64,000 nucleotides of DNA from Mobula hypostoma (taxonomy: Eukaryota). The stretch is from contig NC_086108.1 in NCBI RefSeq assembly GCF_963921235.1, forward strand, positions 78,184,001 to 78,248,000. The letters are read 5' to 3'. Shown piece after piece: positions 50,285-63,768 of this stretch. Made by a program: the position numbers and the translations under genes. The notes under the pieces are model-generated. The model had not been told where the DNA came from and made no database searches. It was given only the letters and a program-made list of their open reading frames with translations. Numbering within the stretch: position 1 is the stretch's first letter; the number at the start of each line of letters is the position of its first letter.

Positions 50285-51455
50285 ACTGCAGATTATGGAA
50301 TATGGCACAACAGAAAATCTTCTGGTGACACTCAGCAGGTTGAGGAGCAGCCCTTGTGGGGAAAGGATTTGTTGATGTTCAGGTTGAAACCAGTATCAGA
50401 ACTAAAAATGGACTGGGAAAGGTGCCATGTATATAGAGAAAGTGAATAGTGAAACTGTAATCCAAAGTGATTGATGAGGGATGGAAGTTGATGGGCAGGT
50501 TCCACCAGCCACATTCTTGTCTTAAGCAATGAACACTCCTTTGCAGATCTCTAGTCTACTCTACTTAATCCCCTGTGCCCCCTGCCACGATTCCTTACAA
50601 TGGCAGGAACTGTAACATTTGTTCTTACACTTCCCTTGTCACCATCCAGTACTTAAACAGCTCTTCCAGGTGCGGATTGGTGGCCTTCTCTACACTGGTG
50701 AGACCAAGCACAGACTAGAAGACCTATGCTCTGTCCCCAGTGGCCAACCCAAGATCCCAGCTGCATGCCATTTTAATTCCCTTTCCCATTTCCATACGGA
50801 CCTGTCAATTCTCAGCCTTCTCCATAGAGGTCCGATGCAAGGAAGAGGAACGGCACCTCATATTCTGCCTGAGGAGTCTGTATCCAAGTTACATGAACAC
50901 TGAGTTTTCCTATTTTACTATAACTCTCCCTTTGGTGGGTTTTTCCCTCACATGTCCTCCCTCCTTTCCAATCCTCCTCTGGTCCCCCCATTTTATAAGG
51001 TCCTCTTTCAGATTTACCACCTACCCCCACCCCCACCCATCTGGTTCTAGCTCCACCTGCCTCTCCCCTAATGGTTCCCATTATCATCTCCATTACTTCT
51101 CATATTCTACCATTGGTTGACCTTTATGTTCCTTTATGTTAGTTACTTCACCTTTCACTCTCCCCTGCCCCTGTCTTGCTCAATCTCCCTCTCCTTTATT
51201 TTCTCTTTGCCTCCATGTAACCTCCAGCTGGCACTCCCCCTCCCATCTCCTTCATCTGGCAAAATCTGTCAATCTTTTGCCACTCATCCTCAGTCCACCA
51301 GCCACCTGGGGCTCCTGTCTTATCACTTCCACTCTTCCCTTTATATTGGCCATCTCCCCTCGACACTCTTGAGTTCTGATGCAGGGTCCCTGAGGAAACA
51401 CATTGATGAATTCTTTTCCTAGATGCTGCTTGACTTGTTATGTTCCTCCAGCAGA
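50285..51455. mobile_element. Old Penelope-like element with inverted short 3' end (minus ~50285-50420; plus ~50500-51455)
   Basis: GLLYTGETKHRLED, HFNSLSH, EERHLIFCL..MNTEFS. Decayed hammerhead ttctgatgcagggtcc..gaaac at ~51374. Terminal agatgctgcttgac..ttcctccagca. Confidence 0.72.
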
Positions 51456-51461
51456 TAATTT

Positions 51462-51710
51462 GGGATGACATGATAGCACAACGCTTCACAGTTCTAATGA
51501 CCCGGGTTTAGTTCCTGACGCAGCCTGTAGGGAGTTTGTACTTTCCTCTAGGTGGTCCAGTTTCTTTCCACAACCCAAAGACGTACCAGTTGATAGGTTG
51601 TAAATTGTCCTGGTGATTAGGCTAGGATTAAATGGGGGGGGGCGGGGGGGGGGGTTGCTGAGCCGTGTAGCTCCAAGGGCCTGTTCCACACTGTATCTCA
51701 ATAAATAAAT
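51462..51710 (+). mobile_element. V-SINE (HE1-like)
   Basis: Homologous to 37689-37972. Tail aagggcctgttccacactgtatctc(aata)n. Confidence 0.72.
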
Positions 51711-53537
51711 AGATTGTTGTTACTGCCACTGTTAATTTTGTGGTGACACCATCGGAGAGGGTGGAATTACAAGATGATATATTGATAACTTGCATTATAA
51801 ATGTGGTGGTACCTCTCAAACACCAAAAAAATGAGAAGAGGTATGTCAGACATGGTTATTAATATACAGTTTAAAATGAGGGTCTCTATTTATTGCTGAG
51901 AATAAATTTGCTTTAATTACAAGCACCCTTTTGTACCAAAATTGCTTTCTAAAATGCTGGAGCATAGCCAGGAAATTAAACTAAGTTCTTTATTAAACAA
52001 AACAATTGATAGAAGGGCATACATGTTTTTTTCTACTGTGTGTCTGCCACCGGCAGGCAAGTACTCCAAAGAAAGAGATTTTTTGGAAACTTCCCCCTAA
52101 ACATTGTTGCAATAAGAACTAAGAGCAGTGGATAAATGCTATAATCTTCAAGGATTACATTGGTCACATAAATTTAATTGTAAATCTTCACTACAGTATT
52201 TTAAATTTAAAATCTCCAGCTGGCATGTATTGTTGACAGAATGCAAACAAGTGCGTGTTAGATTTGCATAGAGGCTGTTTTGACAGGATGCTTTTCCTCA
52301 ATGAAGTCATGTGCTACAACTGTGTTTTTGTTGTTCTTAAAGGAGAATTGTACTTTGATGTAAAAAGTGAACATTTTCAATGGATAATTCACCAAAAAAA
52401 AGAAAAAAAAATCCTCCTGCATTCCAAGTGTTTAAGTACTGCGGAGAGGTCTCTGGAATGTTGTATTTTTTCCAGCACATGGAGCGCTGTCAGTTTTCCT
52501 TCCCCCCCAGAGTACAATGTAGGTCGAGTGATATCACTGTGGGGGGCTTGATGCTAGAGCTGATTGACACAGAAGTTTACAACAATAAGATAAAAGTTTA
52601 TTTCAAAGAACTTTGGGCAAAGTTCGAAAATGCAACTTCACATCACAAAGCAGTAGTAGTTACTGGCTGTTTGGAAGATATGTTAAATGACAAGATTACA
52701 GCCAAGGCGAGAAGAATGACAAGATGTTGGCTAAACTGCTGTAACTAGGTCAGATTACATAATTTCCTGATGTGTGCAGTACAGTCATGTCTTTGTCAGC
52801 AGCTATGTGACTATCCTTGGTTTATTACATTTTATTTTATTCCCATTTTTGCTGCTGACTTGTTTTGCCTGTCTGGAATTGATTAATCTCCGCCTTCATG
52901 TTGCATCATGTACCCCCGATTAGCTCTGAAATGGAAAGTGAACCACTCTTTATGCCACCTGCACTTTGTGGTTCCTCAGCCTAAGAAAATTAGTTAGTTC
53001 TTTTTGTTTTATCTTATTGAGTGCAGACAGAAGTAAGTGACTATTTATGCTATAAGTTTTGAAAGACTCTGTTTTTCAGTCATGCTGGTTATATCTTTAC
53101 CTTACACAAACTTCAAAGATGGTCTGCGTAAGTGTGCAGCTCTCAACTTTAGGTAACTTATATTTAGTCAATGATTTTCCTGTTGCCTTCACATTGAAAT
53201 TTGGATTGCAAAATACACAAAAATGCAATGCTGCACTGCTACTTCATATCCAACTGCATTAGCATCTGCTGGCTATTTGTGCAGTTATCCTGCATTATTT
53301 TGCAGGGAGCATCATTTTAGTCCGCTGTGCAGTATTGTCTTGACTTTATATTGTTACAACTCAAGTACCTTACCACAAATTTCTACTCATAATTTTTATT
53401 TTTCTATAGACAAAATGGAGAGCCCTGTTGGCAGCTGATGGAGTAACATCATTTTAGATTGCTCCTACCGTATTTACTTTGTCTCCTACCAGTTTTTTTT
53501 TTGAAACATTATTATAATACTTTACTACTGCTCTGCT

Positions 53538-54323
53538 ATGGCTGGGAAAAAAAACAAAAGCTTCTGCAAAAGAAAGGGAAACAGAAGATGAATCTCCAGT
53601 CACTTTGGATTCAATCAGCGACTTCCTTCAACAGCAAAAATCGGAATTTTCTGAGGAGTTTCAATGACTTAATGGCAAATTGGATACAATCCAATAATCT
53701 TCAACTGAGCACAAGAACCAAATTCAGGAAAATACTGCAAAGCTGTTGACACTTGAAGAGGATGTTGAAGATACAGTTCAACTCTGCAAAGAGTTATCTT
53801 TATCCAATGAAAAATTGATGAAAAGGATTATCAATCTAGAAAATAGAAACAGGAGAAATAATTTGAGAATTCTGGGTCTTGAAGAATCAATTGAAGGCGC
53901 TGACTCTACGAAGTTCTTTGCAAACTTTCTGAAGCAGCTGTTCCCGGTTTTATTCCCTTCTGAGCCGAAACTCGATCGAGCATATCACTCGCCGACTTCC
54001 AAGCCACTGTTGTCGGCAGTGAGACCTAGGTCAGTCATTCTAAGTTTTCATGAATTTCGTATTAAGGACCTTTTAATTCGCCATACCCGTCAACAAGAAA
54101 TGATCGATTTCTATGGTTACAAGGTCAAATTTGTGGAGGACTATTCACCTGAAGTTATGGCTGATGGTATGGAATATAAAGAATATATGTCGGAATATTA
54201 TAATAAAGGATTTAAACCATCCCTTCGGTTTCCCGCCTGTCTGAGTATTGTTTTGAAGAACGGTTTGCAAAAGAGAATAAAGTAGGTTGAAGACGCAAAG
54301 GAGTTTCTGAAGGCTGAAGTCTA
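53538..54323 (+). pseudogene. L1 ORF1 (coiled coil, RRM, CTD)
   Basis: LENRNRRNNLRILGLEESIEG, LDRAYHS, RPRSVIL, FVEDYSPEV, SLRFPA. Confidence 0.88.
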
Positions 54324-54813
54324 AAACTGTTATATTTCTTATTTGATCAATTTTTTCTTCTGTTAATATGAATTTGAAATAAGGTTTCAATAAACTTACG
54401 TTTTGGCTGTTCATATATTGTCTTTTTTTTGATACTTTTTTATCATATTCCTTTTTGAGGCTTTATTTTAATGTATCTTTCTTTGAATTTGTTTAAATTG
54501 ATCCTTTTATATTTTCGAATACTGAGTTATTTTTCTTTTTATGTTGTGTCTTGGTAGGGACATAATTAACCTTGAAGGACTGGAGTTTCTGGGGATTTTT
54601 TGGGGAGGGAACTTTTTAGTTGTTAGCTCGCTGACTGTCTATTGGTCACCCTTCTGGCTTTGAGTGGGGGAGGGGGGAGGACCTATTTCTCTCTGGGAGC
54701 TGTGTTGGGTTGATTATACAATTGTCTGTTTGACTACCTTACCCTACGGTTTGCTTTCTAGTTTTAATAACTTATGGCCAGATCTTTTAATTACATGATG
54801 ATTGGTATTTAAC

Positions 54814-57800
54814 ATGGTTTGAAATATTAACTTGTTTAGTTTGAATGTGAAAGGGCTGAATCACCCCCTTAAACAGACCAAAGTGTTTGCTTTTATTAAA
54901 AAAAATTAAAAGCACCCATTATTTTCTTACAAGAAATGTACATACGCAGCTGTGATAGCTTACATTTTTTAACTCGGTGGAAGGATATGCAATTCCATTC
55001 TTCGTTTAATGCAAAATCACGTGGAGTTTTGATTTTTGTAGATAATACGGTTTCTTTTGTTCAGCATAATACAGTTTTTGTAGATAATACGGTTTCAGTT
55101 GTTTCAGATCCTAATGGTCGATTTATTATTGTATCAGGGAGTTCAAACAGTAAATAGATTATTTTTGCTATGTATATGCCCCCAACGTAGATGATCCAGG
55201 ATTTTTTGAATGTCTATTTTCGTTTTTGCCGGATTTGTGTACTTATTCTCTTGTGATGGGAGAAGATTTTAACTGCTGGTTAGATCCAATATTAGATCGC
55301 TTATCTGTTAAACCAGCCATACTTAATAATTCAGCTTTGTTTATCCAATCCTTTCTAACTAAATGTGGTACAGTTGATGCTTGGAGTTTTCTTCATTTGG
55401 CGGACAGGGAGTATTCTTTTTTTCTCTCATGTCCATCATTCTTATACCAGGATTGATTATTTTTTTATTGACAGTCAAATGATTCCATTGGTTCGATGGA
55501 TCGAATATAAAGAGATTGCTATTTCTGACCACTCTCCTGTACTTCTATCTTTAAATCTTCCTGGTCCTATCCCTATGAGTAGATGTTGGTGATTTAATTT
55601 AACTCTGTTATCCAATGAGGACTTTAAGAAATTTATGGAGAATCAAATTACTCTTTTTTTTTGAAGAAAATACGTTGGAAGAGACCTCTAGTCTTATTAT
55701 ATGGAATACTTTTAAAGCATATATCTGGGGTCAATTTATTTCTTATACTGCAAACATCATTAAAAAAGTTAACAAAGAGAGAAATAAACTAGCTAATCAG
55801 TTAGAACAACTGGACCATAAATATGCTTCAGTACCTGATCCTGAAATATATAAGAGATGTATTGAAACCAAAACTAAATATGATCTTATTTTAACGTATC
55901 CAATTGAAAGCCAGCTTTTGAAAGATAGAAGTCAATTTTATATTCACGGAGATAAAACTGGTAAGCTACTGGCTAATCAATTGAAACCATTCATAGCCAA
56001 GCGACAAATTAAAGAAATATGTAAAATTAATGGTGACATGACAACTGATCACTTTGAAATTAATGAGACTTGTAGGGAATTTTATTCCAATTTGTATAGT
56101 TCTGACTCTGTTAATGATATTGCAATGAATAATTTTTTGGATCAATTAAATATTCCTAATCTTTCGATAGATGATCGTAGGCAACTGGATCAACCTATTT
56201 CCCAGGAGGAAATTGCTCAGGCTATTTGAGAATTGCATTCTGGGAAATCCCCAGGACCCAATGGATTCTCTGGAGAGTTTTATAAGCCTTTTCCTCCTTG
56301 CTTATACCACACTTATGTTCTACCCTTACAGATTCCTTTCAGCTAGGAAGACTACCACAGTCTTTTTACGAAGCTTCCATTTCGCTTATTCTTTAAAAGA
56401 ATAAGAATCCTACTGAATGTCCTTCATATAGACCTATTTCTTTACTCATATTTGATACTAAAATTTTATCTAAAGTGTTGGCTCGCAGACTTGAAAATAT
56501 TATATCTTCTATAGTTTTGGATGATCAGACAGGATTTATTAAAAATCGATATTCCCGTTTTAATATACGGCATTTGTTAAATTTTATGCATTCTCCATCT
56601 AAGGAAATATCAGAATGTGTGATATCTTTGGATGCGGAAAAGGCCTTTGACAGAGCTGAATGGGATTATCTTTTTACATCCTTAAAAAAAAATTAATTTT
56701 GGACCTAATTTTATTCATTGGATTTAATTACTTTATTTATTTCCCTCTGCTCAGATTCTTACTAATCTTCAGGATTCTAAACCCTTTAAACTCCAACATG
56801 GGACTACACAAAGTTGTCCTTTGAGACCTCTGCTTTTTGATTTAGTATTAGAACTCTTAGCAATGGCTTTTCAAGAACCTAGAGATTACTGGTATTTTAA
56901 GGAGAGGTACTATTCATAAAGTGCCACTTTATGCTGATGACATTGCTTTTTATATCTAATGTTACAACCTTTTTACCATCTGTGTTCCGTTTACTGACTA
57001 AATTTAGTCAGTTCTCAGGATATAAATTAATTTTACATAAGAGTGAACTGTTTCCTTTAAACAATTTAATACCAACTGATATTAACCTTCCTTTTAAAAT
57101 TTTCAGAAAACAGTTTACATATTTAGGAATAACAATTACTAAGAATTATTAAGATTTATTTAAGGAAAATGTTTTAACTTCAATGAATTATGTTAAAAAA
57201 CACTCTAATTGGTTGCCTCTCTCTTTATCACTGATTGGCCGAATTAATTCTATTAAAATGAATATCTTACCTAAATTTATATACCTTTTTCAAGCTGTGC
57301 CTGTTTTTATTCCTAATTTTTTTTTTTGACTCTTTGGATTCAATTCTTTCTTCCTATATATGGAAGAATAAAAATCCTCGTATAAATAAAGCTCACCTTC
57401 AAAAAACCAAAAAGAGTGGAGTCTTTGTCTTACCTAATTTTAGATTATATTATTGGGCAGTTAATATACAAAATATTACATTCTGGATATATTACATTAA
57501 CCATGAGAATTGTCCTATATGGGTCTTTTTGGAAGTCAATTCTGTTATGAAATTTTCCATTTTTTTTTACTTGGATTCTCGCTTCCCTTATCTTTAAATA
57601 AACTAACTGACAATGTGGTAGTCAAACATACTTCGAGGATTTGGTTACAGTTTACAAAACATTTCGGTTTATTGAGATTCTCCCTCTCGAGTCCCATCTT
57701 ATCTAATTATTTTTTTAAACCATCTATAATTAACTTATCTTTTTAAGAATGGGATAGATTGGGTATTAAACGATTTCAGGATCTTTTGATGGAGGAAATC

Positions 57801-58600
57801 TCTCTTCTTTTGTGCAACTTTCAACAAAATTTAACCTTTCCAATACCCACTTTTTTCGTACTTACAGATTAGAGATTTTTTAAGATCTCAATTACATACA
57901 TTTCCTACAAGTCCAGATAAGAATATAATAGATACAATTTTTAATCTGAAACCCTTTGACAACCGTCCAATATCTTTCATTTACGGTCTGCTGTTGGGAT
58001 TGAAAAAGGCTTCTTTAGATAAAATTAAAGGAGACTGGGAAAAGGATTTACAGATTTTCATATCTGAAGAGAGCTGGAAGATTATTTTAAAACTGATTAA
58101 TTCTTCATTATGTGCTCGTCATTCTTTATTACAATTCGAAGTGGTACATCGAGTTCATATGTCTAAAGGTAAGCTCTCCCGTTTCTACGCAGATATTTCT
58201 CCTTACTGTGATGGATGTACTAATGGAGTGGCCACACTAATTCAATTGTTTTGGACATGTCCAAGCCTTGAAAAATTTTGGAAAGATGTATTTCAAACTT
58301 TTTCTGTACTTTTCAATGCTAGTTTTAAGCCCAATCCCTTGACTGTCATGTTTGGTATTGTTGAGGATAGTACTACAATACTGAAACCATCTAATTTGCA
58401 GGTACTGGCCTTTGTCACTTATGGCCAGGAAGGTGATCTTGCTCAAGTGGAAAGAGACCACCCCGCCCACTCATGTTCAATGGCTATCTGATATTATGTT
58501 GTGCCTTGATCTACAGAAGATTCGGTGTTCAATTTCTGATTCTAAACATGATCTTCTAATGTTATGGGGACCCTTTCTGAGTTATTTTCATAATCTTTGA
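54814..58600 (+). pseudogene. L1 ORF2 (APE, RT, C-terminal Cys-rich domain)
   Basis: SLNVKGLN, FLQE, YTRIDYFF, ISDHSPV, GDKTGKLLA, DDQTGFIKNR, ISLDAEKAFDR, LYADD, CDGC..LFWTC. Confidence 0.9.
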
Positions 58601-59454
58601 ACTGTTATTAAAGTATGGATCTGAGCCATTATCATAGTAATATTATATGGTAAGGTTTTTTCCTTTTTTTTTTAACCAACCAGCTCATTTTGGTAGTGGA
58701 GGTAGATTTTTTTTTAATAAAATAAAATTATTTTATTCTATTTCATTTCATATTTCAATTTTTTTTCTACATAATTGATTTGGAATATGGGATACTGTGA
58801 TCATATTACTGTGATTTCAATGTAATGTAATTCGTATTACTTGTATCCTTATGAATTTTGTATTTATATTCATGCAATTTATATAATATTAATAAAAATA
58901 TTGAAAGAGACAAGATGAATTTCAAGACTTGACTCTGACCAGATATTGTTAATGCTGTCTTTGAATCTGATTCATGTGATGCAGCCATTGTGTTTCTGCT
59001 TCTTTGCAATCCTGTCACGACCAACTGCACCCAACTGTTCCTGACAAACACCCCTCACTCTGGTCTGTCTATTTGTCAATTGCCACTGAACGTCAGCCCT
59101 TCCATTCACTTGCGGAGCCATTCTACCACATAGGGGAACCAGAGGGGCATTGCAGCTAATTTTGATCAACTGCAACAGCTCCATCTACTAGTTTGAAAAT
59201 TCCCAGTGCGTGGGCTTCAGTTTTGTTTCCCTGGAGACTCCCAGACTCTAACTTTCAGCTTGGTGTTCAGTAAACCTCCAGTGTGGAGGCCTCTGCTCCT
59301 CACTAAATTACATGCACTGCTTACAGCATCCCCCTTTGTCTACTACTAATGACAGTAATTGAAAGACAAATCCAATTTATAGTGCTTCACATTCAATGAA
59401 TCACAGATTGGGTGGACAAAATGAGGTCAAAGCCAGTTTCAATGAAAGGTGCTA

Positions 59455-59708
59455 GTCCATTAGGTACAGAGGAGATATCAGGAGGAAGTTTTTTTACACA
59501 GTGGTGAGTGCGTGGAATGGGCTGCCAGCGACGGTGGTGGAGGCGGATACGATAGGGTCTTTTAAGGGACTCCTGGACAGATACATGGAGCTCAGAAAAA
59601 TAGAGGGCTATGGGTAACCCGAGGTAATTTCTCAGGTAAGGACATGTTCGGCACAGCTTTGTGGGCCGAAGGGCCTGGATTGTGCTGTTGGTTTTCTATG
59701 TTTCTATG
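59455..59708 (+). mobile_element. Short CR1 3' end
   Basis: Homologous to 7980-8232. Tail ttctatgtttctatg. Confidence 0.82.
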
Positions 59709-59934
59709 CTTGTCCTGCAGGAGCCTCTGACTAACTGGGATAAAAGCATAGAAATTGACAGTGATCTGTTTAATGAATGCCAAGTTTGAATGGAGATTAA
59801 TTTCCTACAGTCCCAAACTCCTTAAAACTCATTGACATATATTGATAACTCTCTACATCCTTTCTGCTCTTGTTACTTTATCACCCATAGGCAAACTGGT
59901 GTCAGTTTCTCATGCATTCTAGCTGGACTATGAA

Positions 59935-60350
59935 GAACTTTTTTTCTTAATTTCAAAAGGTACGTTATTAGTAATGTTTACAGTAAGTACAGTTGGGACA
60001 TGTCTTTCCCTAGATTGATCCAGTTCAGTACATTCTCTTACAAAGCAGCAGCACCACTCCTGTCTACTCCTCAAACAACACATCCTTGGGTCACCTGCGA
60101 TCATTTTACACGGAGCCTAGTAGTGCCATGATCCCAGCTTTCCCTACAGTGCCATTCTAGTGTCTGAACCCAGCTTTAGTCTATCCATCAGTGTGTACTT
60201 CTGCACCCTGGAATATGTTAGATGGCAACATTCATGTGTGAATACCTCCTTATACTGGAAGACTAACAAGATTCAGGGAGAGAGAAGTGCATCTTTCATG
60301 AGTTGATGATCGTTCATTTTTGTTTGAAAAAGATCTGAAGACCTTCCGAC
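59935..60350 (-). mobile_element. Tx1-like LINE 3' remnant
   Basis: Minus strand encodes remnants TIINS..KDAL..NLLVFQ and ECCHLTYSRVQKYTLMDRLKLG, resembling Tx1 ORF2 C-termini. T-rich end at ~59938. Confidence 0.5.
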
Positions 60351-61404
60351 TCCAGAAATACTCAGTCGTGTTCATGCAAGGGTTGACAGTTACAGGCTGA
60401 TATCTTACATGGCAATATGGTTTAGTGACTAGTTACCTGGAACATTCCAAAACATTGGGCATGGCTGTTTATTTTCTAACCCTTCTTACTGAGGTGATTG
60501 TTTGGTTGCAGAAGTTTAGCAAATAGTGATTCAATGGGATTATGTACGATGGTGCGACAACATTCTTAGATTGTGGTCAGAATGTTCTGAAAATAAGAAA
60601 TTCGGCCACGAAATCCAAGCAAGTGCTGTGATGGGCTGTTTCCATGTGATCGAATCGCAAGCAGCTGTAAACGGTAGCTCTGTGCAGAATACTAGAAACT
60701 GTGAACTGTTTGTAGCAAGCTGATTTGGAATCTCGGCTCCAAAATCTCATGCGTTACTCCTTTGGCAGAGATTAGATTCGATGCACTCTAATCAAATTGA
60801 AAACACTGAACCATTGATGTTGATATTCCAACAAGGGGCTACATTGTTTACATCAAATAACAAAGTTTTGTTTTTTACTTCCACTGCATGGAGTTTAGGG
60901 GGACACAAACACTATCATTCCACAGGCTGTCATCGGTTTTGTTTATTGGATAGTTAAATGGGATGGGACATACTGGCATCTCTCCAACATGAGACATAGG
61001 AGCAAAAATTGGCTATTCGGCCTATCAATGTTGTTCTGCCATTCCATCATAGCTGATTCCTCACAACCCTATTCTCCTGCCGTTCTCCCTGTAACCTTTG
61101 ACATCCTTGCGAGTCAAGAGCCTATCAATGTCTGTTTTAACATCTCAGTAGGTTACCTGCATGCATGAACTTAGACGGACGTGGTAATTGGATTGTGTAG
61201 GGCATAGTAGTGTCTAAACCAGCGCATCTGCAGCAAAAGATAGAGGAGACCAATCAGGGATTACAGAATAGTTTGATATTTTACCTTGGGAAACATAGAA
61301 GCCAGTTGTGGAATTAAAACAAAACTGGGGATATTCAACAGCTTATGTGGAAAGATTGACTGCAAGTTAGTGTTTCAGGCAAATGAAACCAATTGGATGC
61401 CATT

Positions 61405-61575
61405 TTCCCCCCCCTCTTTCCCCCCCTCTCTCCCCCCTCTCTCCCCCCCTCTCTCCCCCCTCTCTCCCCCCCTCTCTCCCCCCCTCTCTCCCCCCTCTCC
61501 CCCCCTCTCTCTACCCCCTCTCTCTCCCCCCTCTCTCTCCCCCCTCTCTCCCCCCCTCCTCCACCCCCCCATTCC
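61405..61575. repeat. Polypyrimidine tandem repeat (CCCCCTCTCT-like units)
   Basis: Almost pure C/T on the plus strand for ~170 bp. Confidence 0.95.
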
Positions 61576-62076
61576 CTCTTTCTTTGTGTCTATCCATCAT
61601 TCTCTCCACTGAATGTGGGTTTAGCCCATGCACTTCACACACAGACATAAACAGAAAGGATCTTTAGATTTGCATAGCATATTGAGTCTCCTGGGAAACA
61701 CTGGAGACCTTATCAGTTAATTCAATAATACTGTTTTTCTAAACATGCTTGTTGGTTATACAATGGTGCTACGTAACAACTTACCATGGAAGACTACTGT
61801 TGAGGTGGTAAGTCTCTAAAGATCCCAGATACTTGTTCTGAAGGAAAAGAAGACAACTAGAGAGGAAAGATTGTGGACAATCTGTAATACCACATCCATT
61901 TCTCACTCCAGCTAATACCATATATTGCCAAGTGACCATTTGTACACTTTGTTCATCTAATGGCTACTGCCTGGCAAGGGCAGAGACCTGAGACTGGTAG
62001 CCTGGTGCCCATTTTCTCTGGGGAAGGTTTTCATATGGAATAACAAGCCAATGTGAACTAACATTGAAAATAATTA

Positions 62077-63768
62077 TACTGGACAGCATTTTAAGGTGTT
62101 GCTTCCTCAGAATTTTGTTTTGTTTATGATAGACTGCTTGAAGCTGAACACAAGTATAATTTCAGACTACGTGTATCACGTAGGAATTTGGAGAAACAAG
62201 AAATCAACTTTTATTGAATACAATGTGTTAAATTGCATAATGGTACTGATGCTGTGCAATAGTTCAACTAGGTTAAAAATGTTTTGCTGATGATTTTTGT
62301 TTGTACTCAGTGACTCAAGCTTCTCGCTTAAGTGTCCAATAATAATCTGCCAGCACTGGTGGATTCCAGTTGCCCTGATACTGTTCCACCATGTTCTGGT
62401 GAAACTTTTCACTGTGCTTGTCACTGACAGTGCCAATATTTGCAGGGAAGACGTCAAAATAGGAAAGCAGATAATGAATCTTTAGTGACACATTGTAGTT
62501 CATGGTTTTGTATACTTGAAGCATGTTGTCAGCCAGCTGCATGTGGTTTGGTGCTCTGTCATTGCCAAGAAAATCTTCAACAACATTCTTGAATGCAGTT
62601 TTCTCCGGTCCCACTAGAAGTTCTTCGAATTGTCTGTAATTGATGACCTGTTTGATTTGTGTGCCAGCAAAAGTGCCTTCCTTAGTCTTGGGATCAGTTA
62701 TTCTGGGAAACATCTGTCTCAAGTATTGAAATCGTTCATGGAAATGTTTGCACTTGGTGACAGCAGATTCCATCCGTGCAGTTTTGAACCCAGTAGTTCT
62801 GTTTTTGCCTTTGACAAACCCAAGTCTCTGACCACGTTATTTAACTGAGATTGAGTTATCAGATGAGGCTTACTCAACATAAAGGGATTAAAATCTGTAT
62901 CGATATCAGTGTCATTTTCCATTCCTGGCTCGTGCATCATTGCACCTTCATCTGCGTCCTCTAGACTGAATGTCTCTGGTAGCTTTGTACTGGAAAATTA
63001 TCGTCATGCAACACAGGTCTCATGGCTGGAGGGGAGATTGGGGTATTCAATGGATTTCTTGTTATTAGCGGAGAAACCAGACACGCTGGTCAGACAGAAG
63101 TAGCTGTCCGTCACATGATCCTTCTGATCTCACCATATCATCCGGACAGCAAACGACATTAACTTCTGAGTACCACTGAGCCAAGCTCTAAGATAGAGCT
63201 TGTTGCACAACAAGTGTAAGGAGCCCAGACATTGTCTTGATCACCAATTTTACACCCAAAGTAGAGCTCATAGGCATTCTTAATAAGAGGAGTCCTGCTC
63301 CTCCTTTGAGATTTAAGTGTGTACTCGTCACAAATATAACAACAAGTATCACAGCTGTTGCAACATTGGTGAGACATTTTGCTATCACAAGTACATCTGA
63401 AAATGAGTACACGCAATATGCTCTGCTCATGGAACACGTGCATCAACCTGATCGCAAACCAATATACTTGTAAACGCAATACATAGCACAATGTGTGCGT
63501 GATGCTTTTATATCCCTTCTAAAACCTGCCCTGCCATGTAGCATCCACCCTGCCTAAGCATGCCTGGACAAGACAGAAAACTTTTCAGCTTACATTGTGG
63601 GTAACATTTTAATTGACCTGAATTGTGAATTGAAATAACAAGTATAGGCGACTTCAAAAAATAAAATGTATGATAGGGAAATTTCATGGTGATTTTCATG
63701 ATCAGCAGCCCAATATCCAGAAGATACATCCAAAAGTACTTATGAAGCAAAATCTTTGTTGTCCAGTG
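62077..63768 (-). mobile_element. Chapaev3-type (CMC) DNA transposon, internally deleted
   Basis: Termini tactggacagca (62077) and ttgttgtccagtg (63768, = cactggacaacaa). 3-bp TSD TTA at 62074-76 and 63769-71. Transposase remnants inside. Confidence 0.8.
62285..63377 (-). pseudogene. Chapaev3-like transposase remnant
   Basis: MSHQCCNSCDTCCYICDEY..YFGCKIGDQDNVWAPYTCC; PHLITQSQLNNVVRDLGLSKAKTELLGSKL; FPRITDPKTKEG; SLKIHYL..VSDKHSEKFHQ..YQGNWN..LADYYWTLKRE. Confidence 0.78.

Larger units (their letters stand above)
53420..58905 (+). mobile_element. L1-clade LINE, near full length, decayed
   Basis: ORF1 and ORF2 remnants in order, ~0.5-kb inter-ORF spacer, AATAAA at ~58891 followed by an A-rich end. 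Confidence 0.9.

Noticed and set aside
52255..52748. 98-aa and 122-aa ORFs as host exons
   Set aside because: No recognisable domain, non-ATG starts and no convincing splice signals. A short real exon cannot be excluded without RNA data.
61286..61667. Pro/Ser-rich and Gly/Glu/Arg-rich ORFs
   Set aside because: Translations of the C/T tandem repeat.
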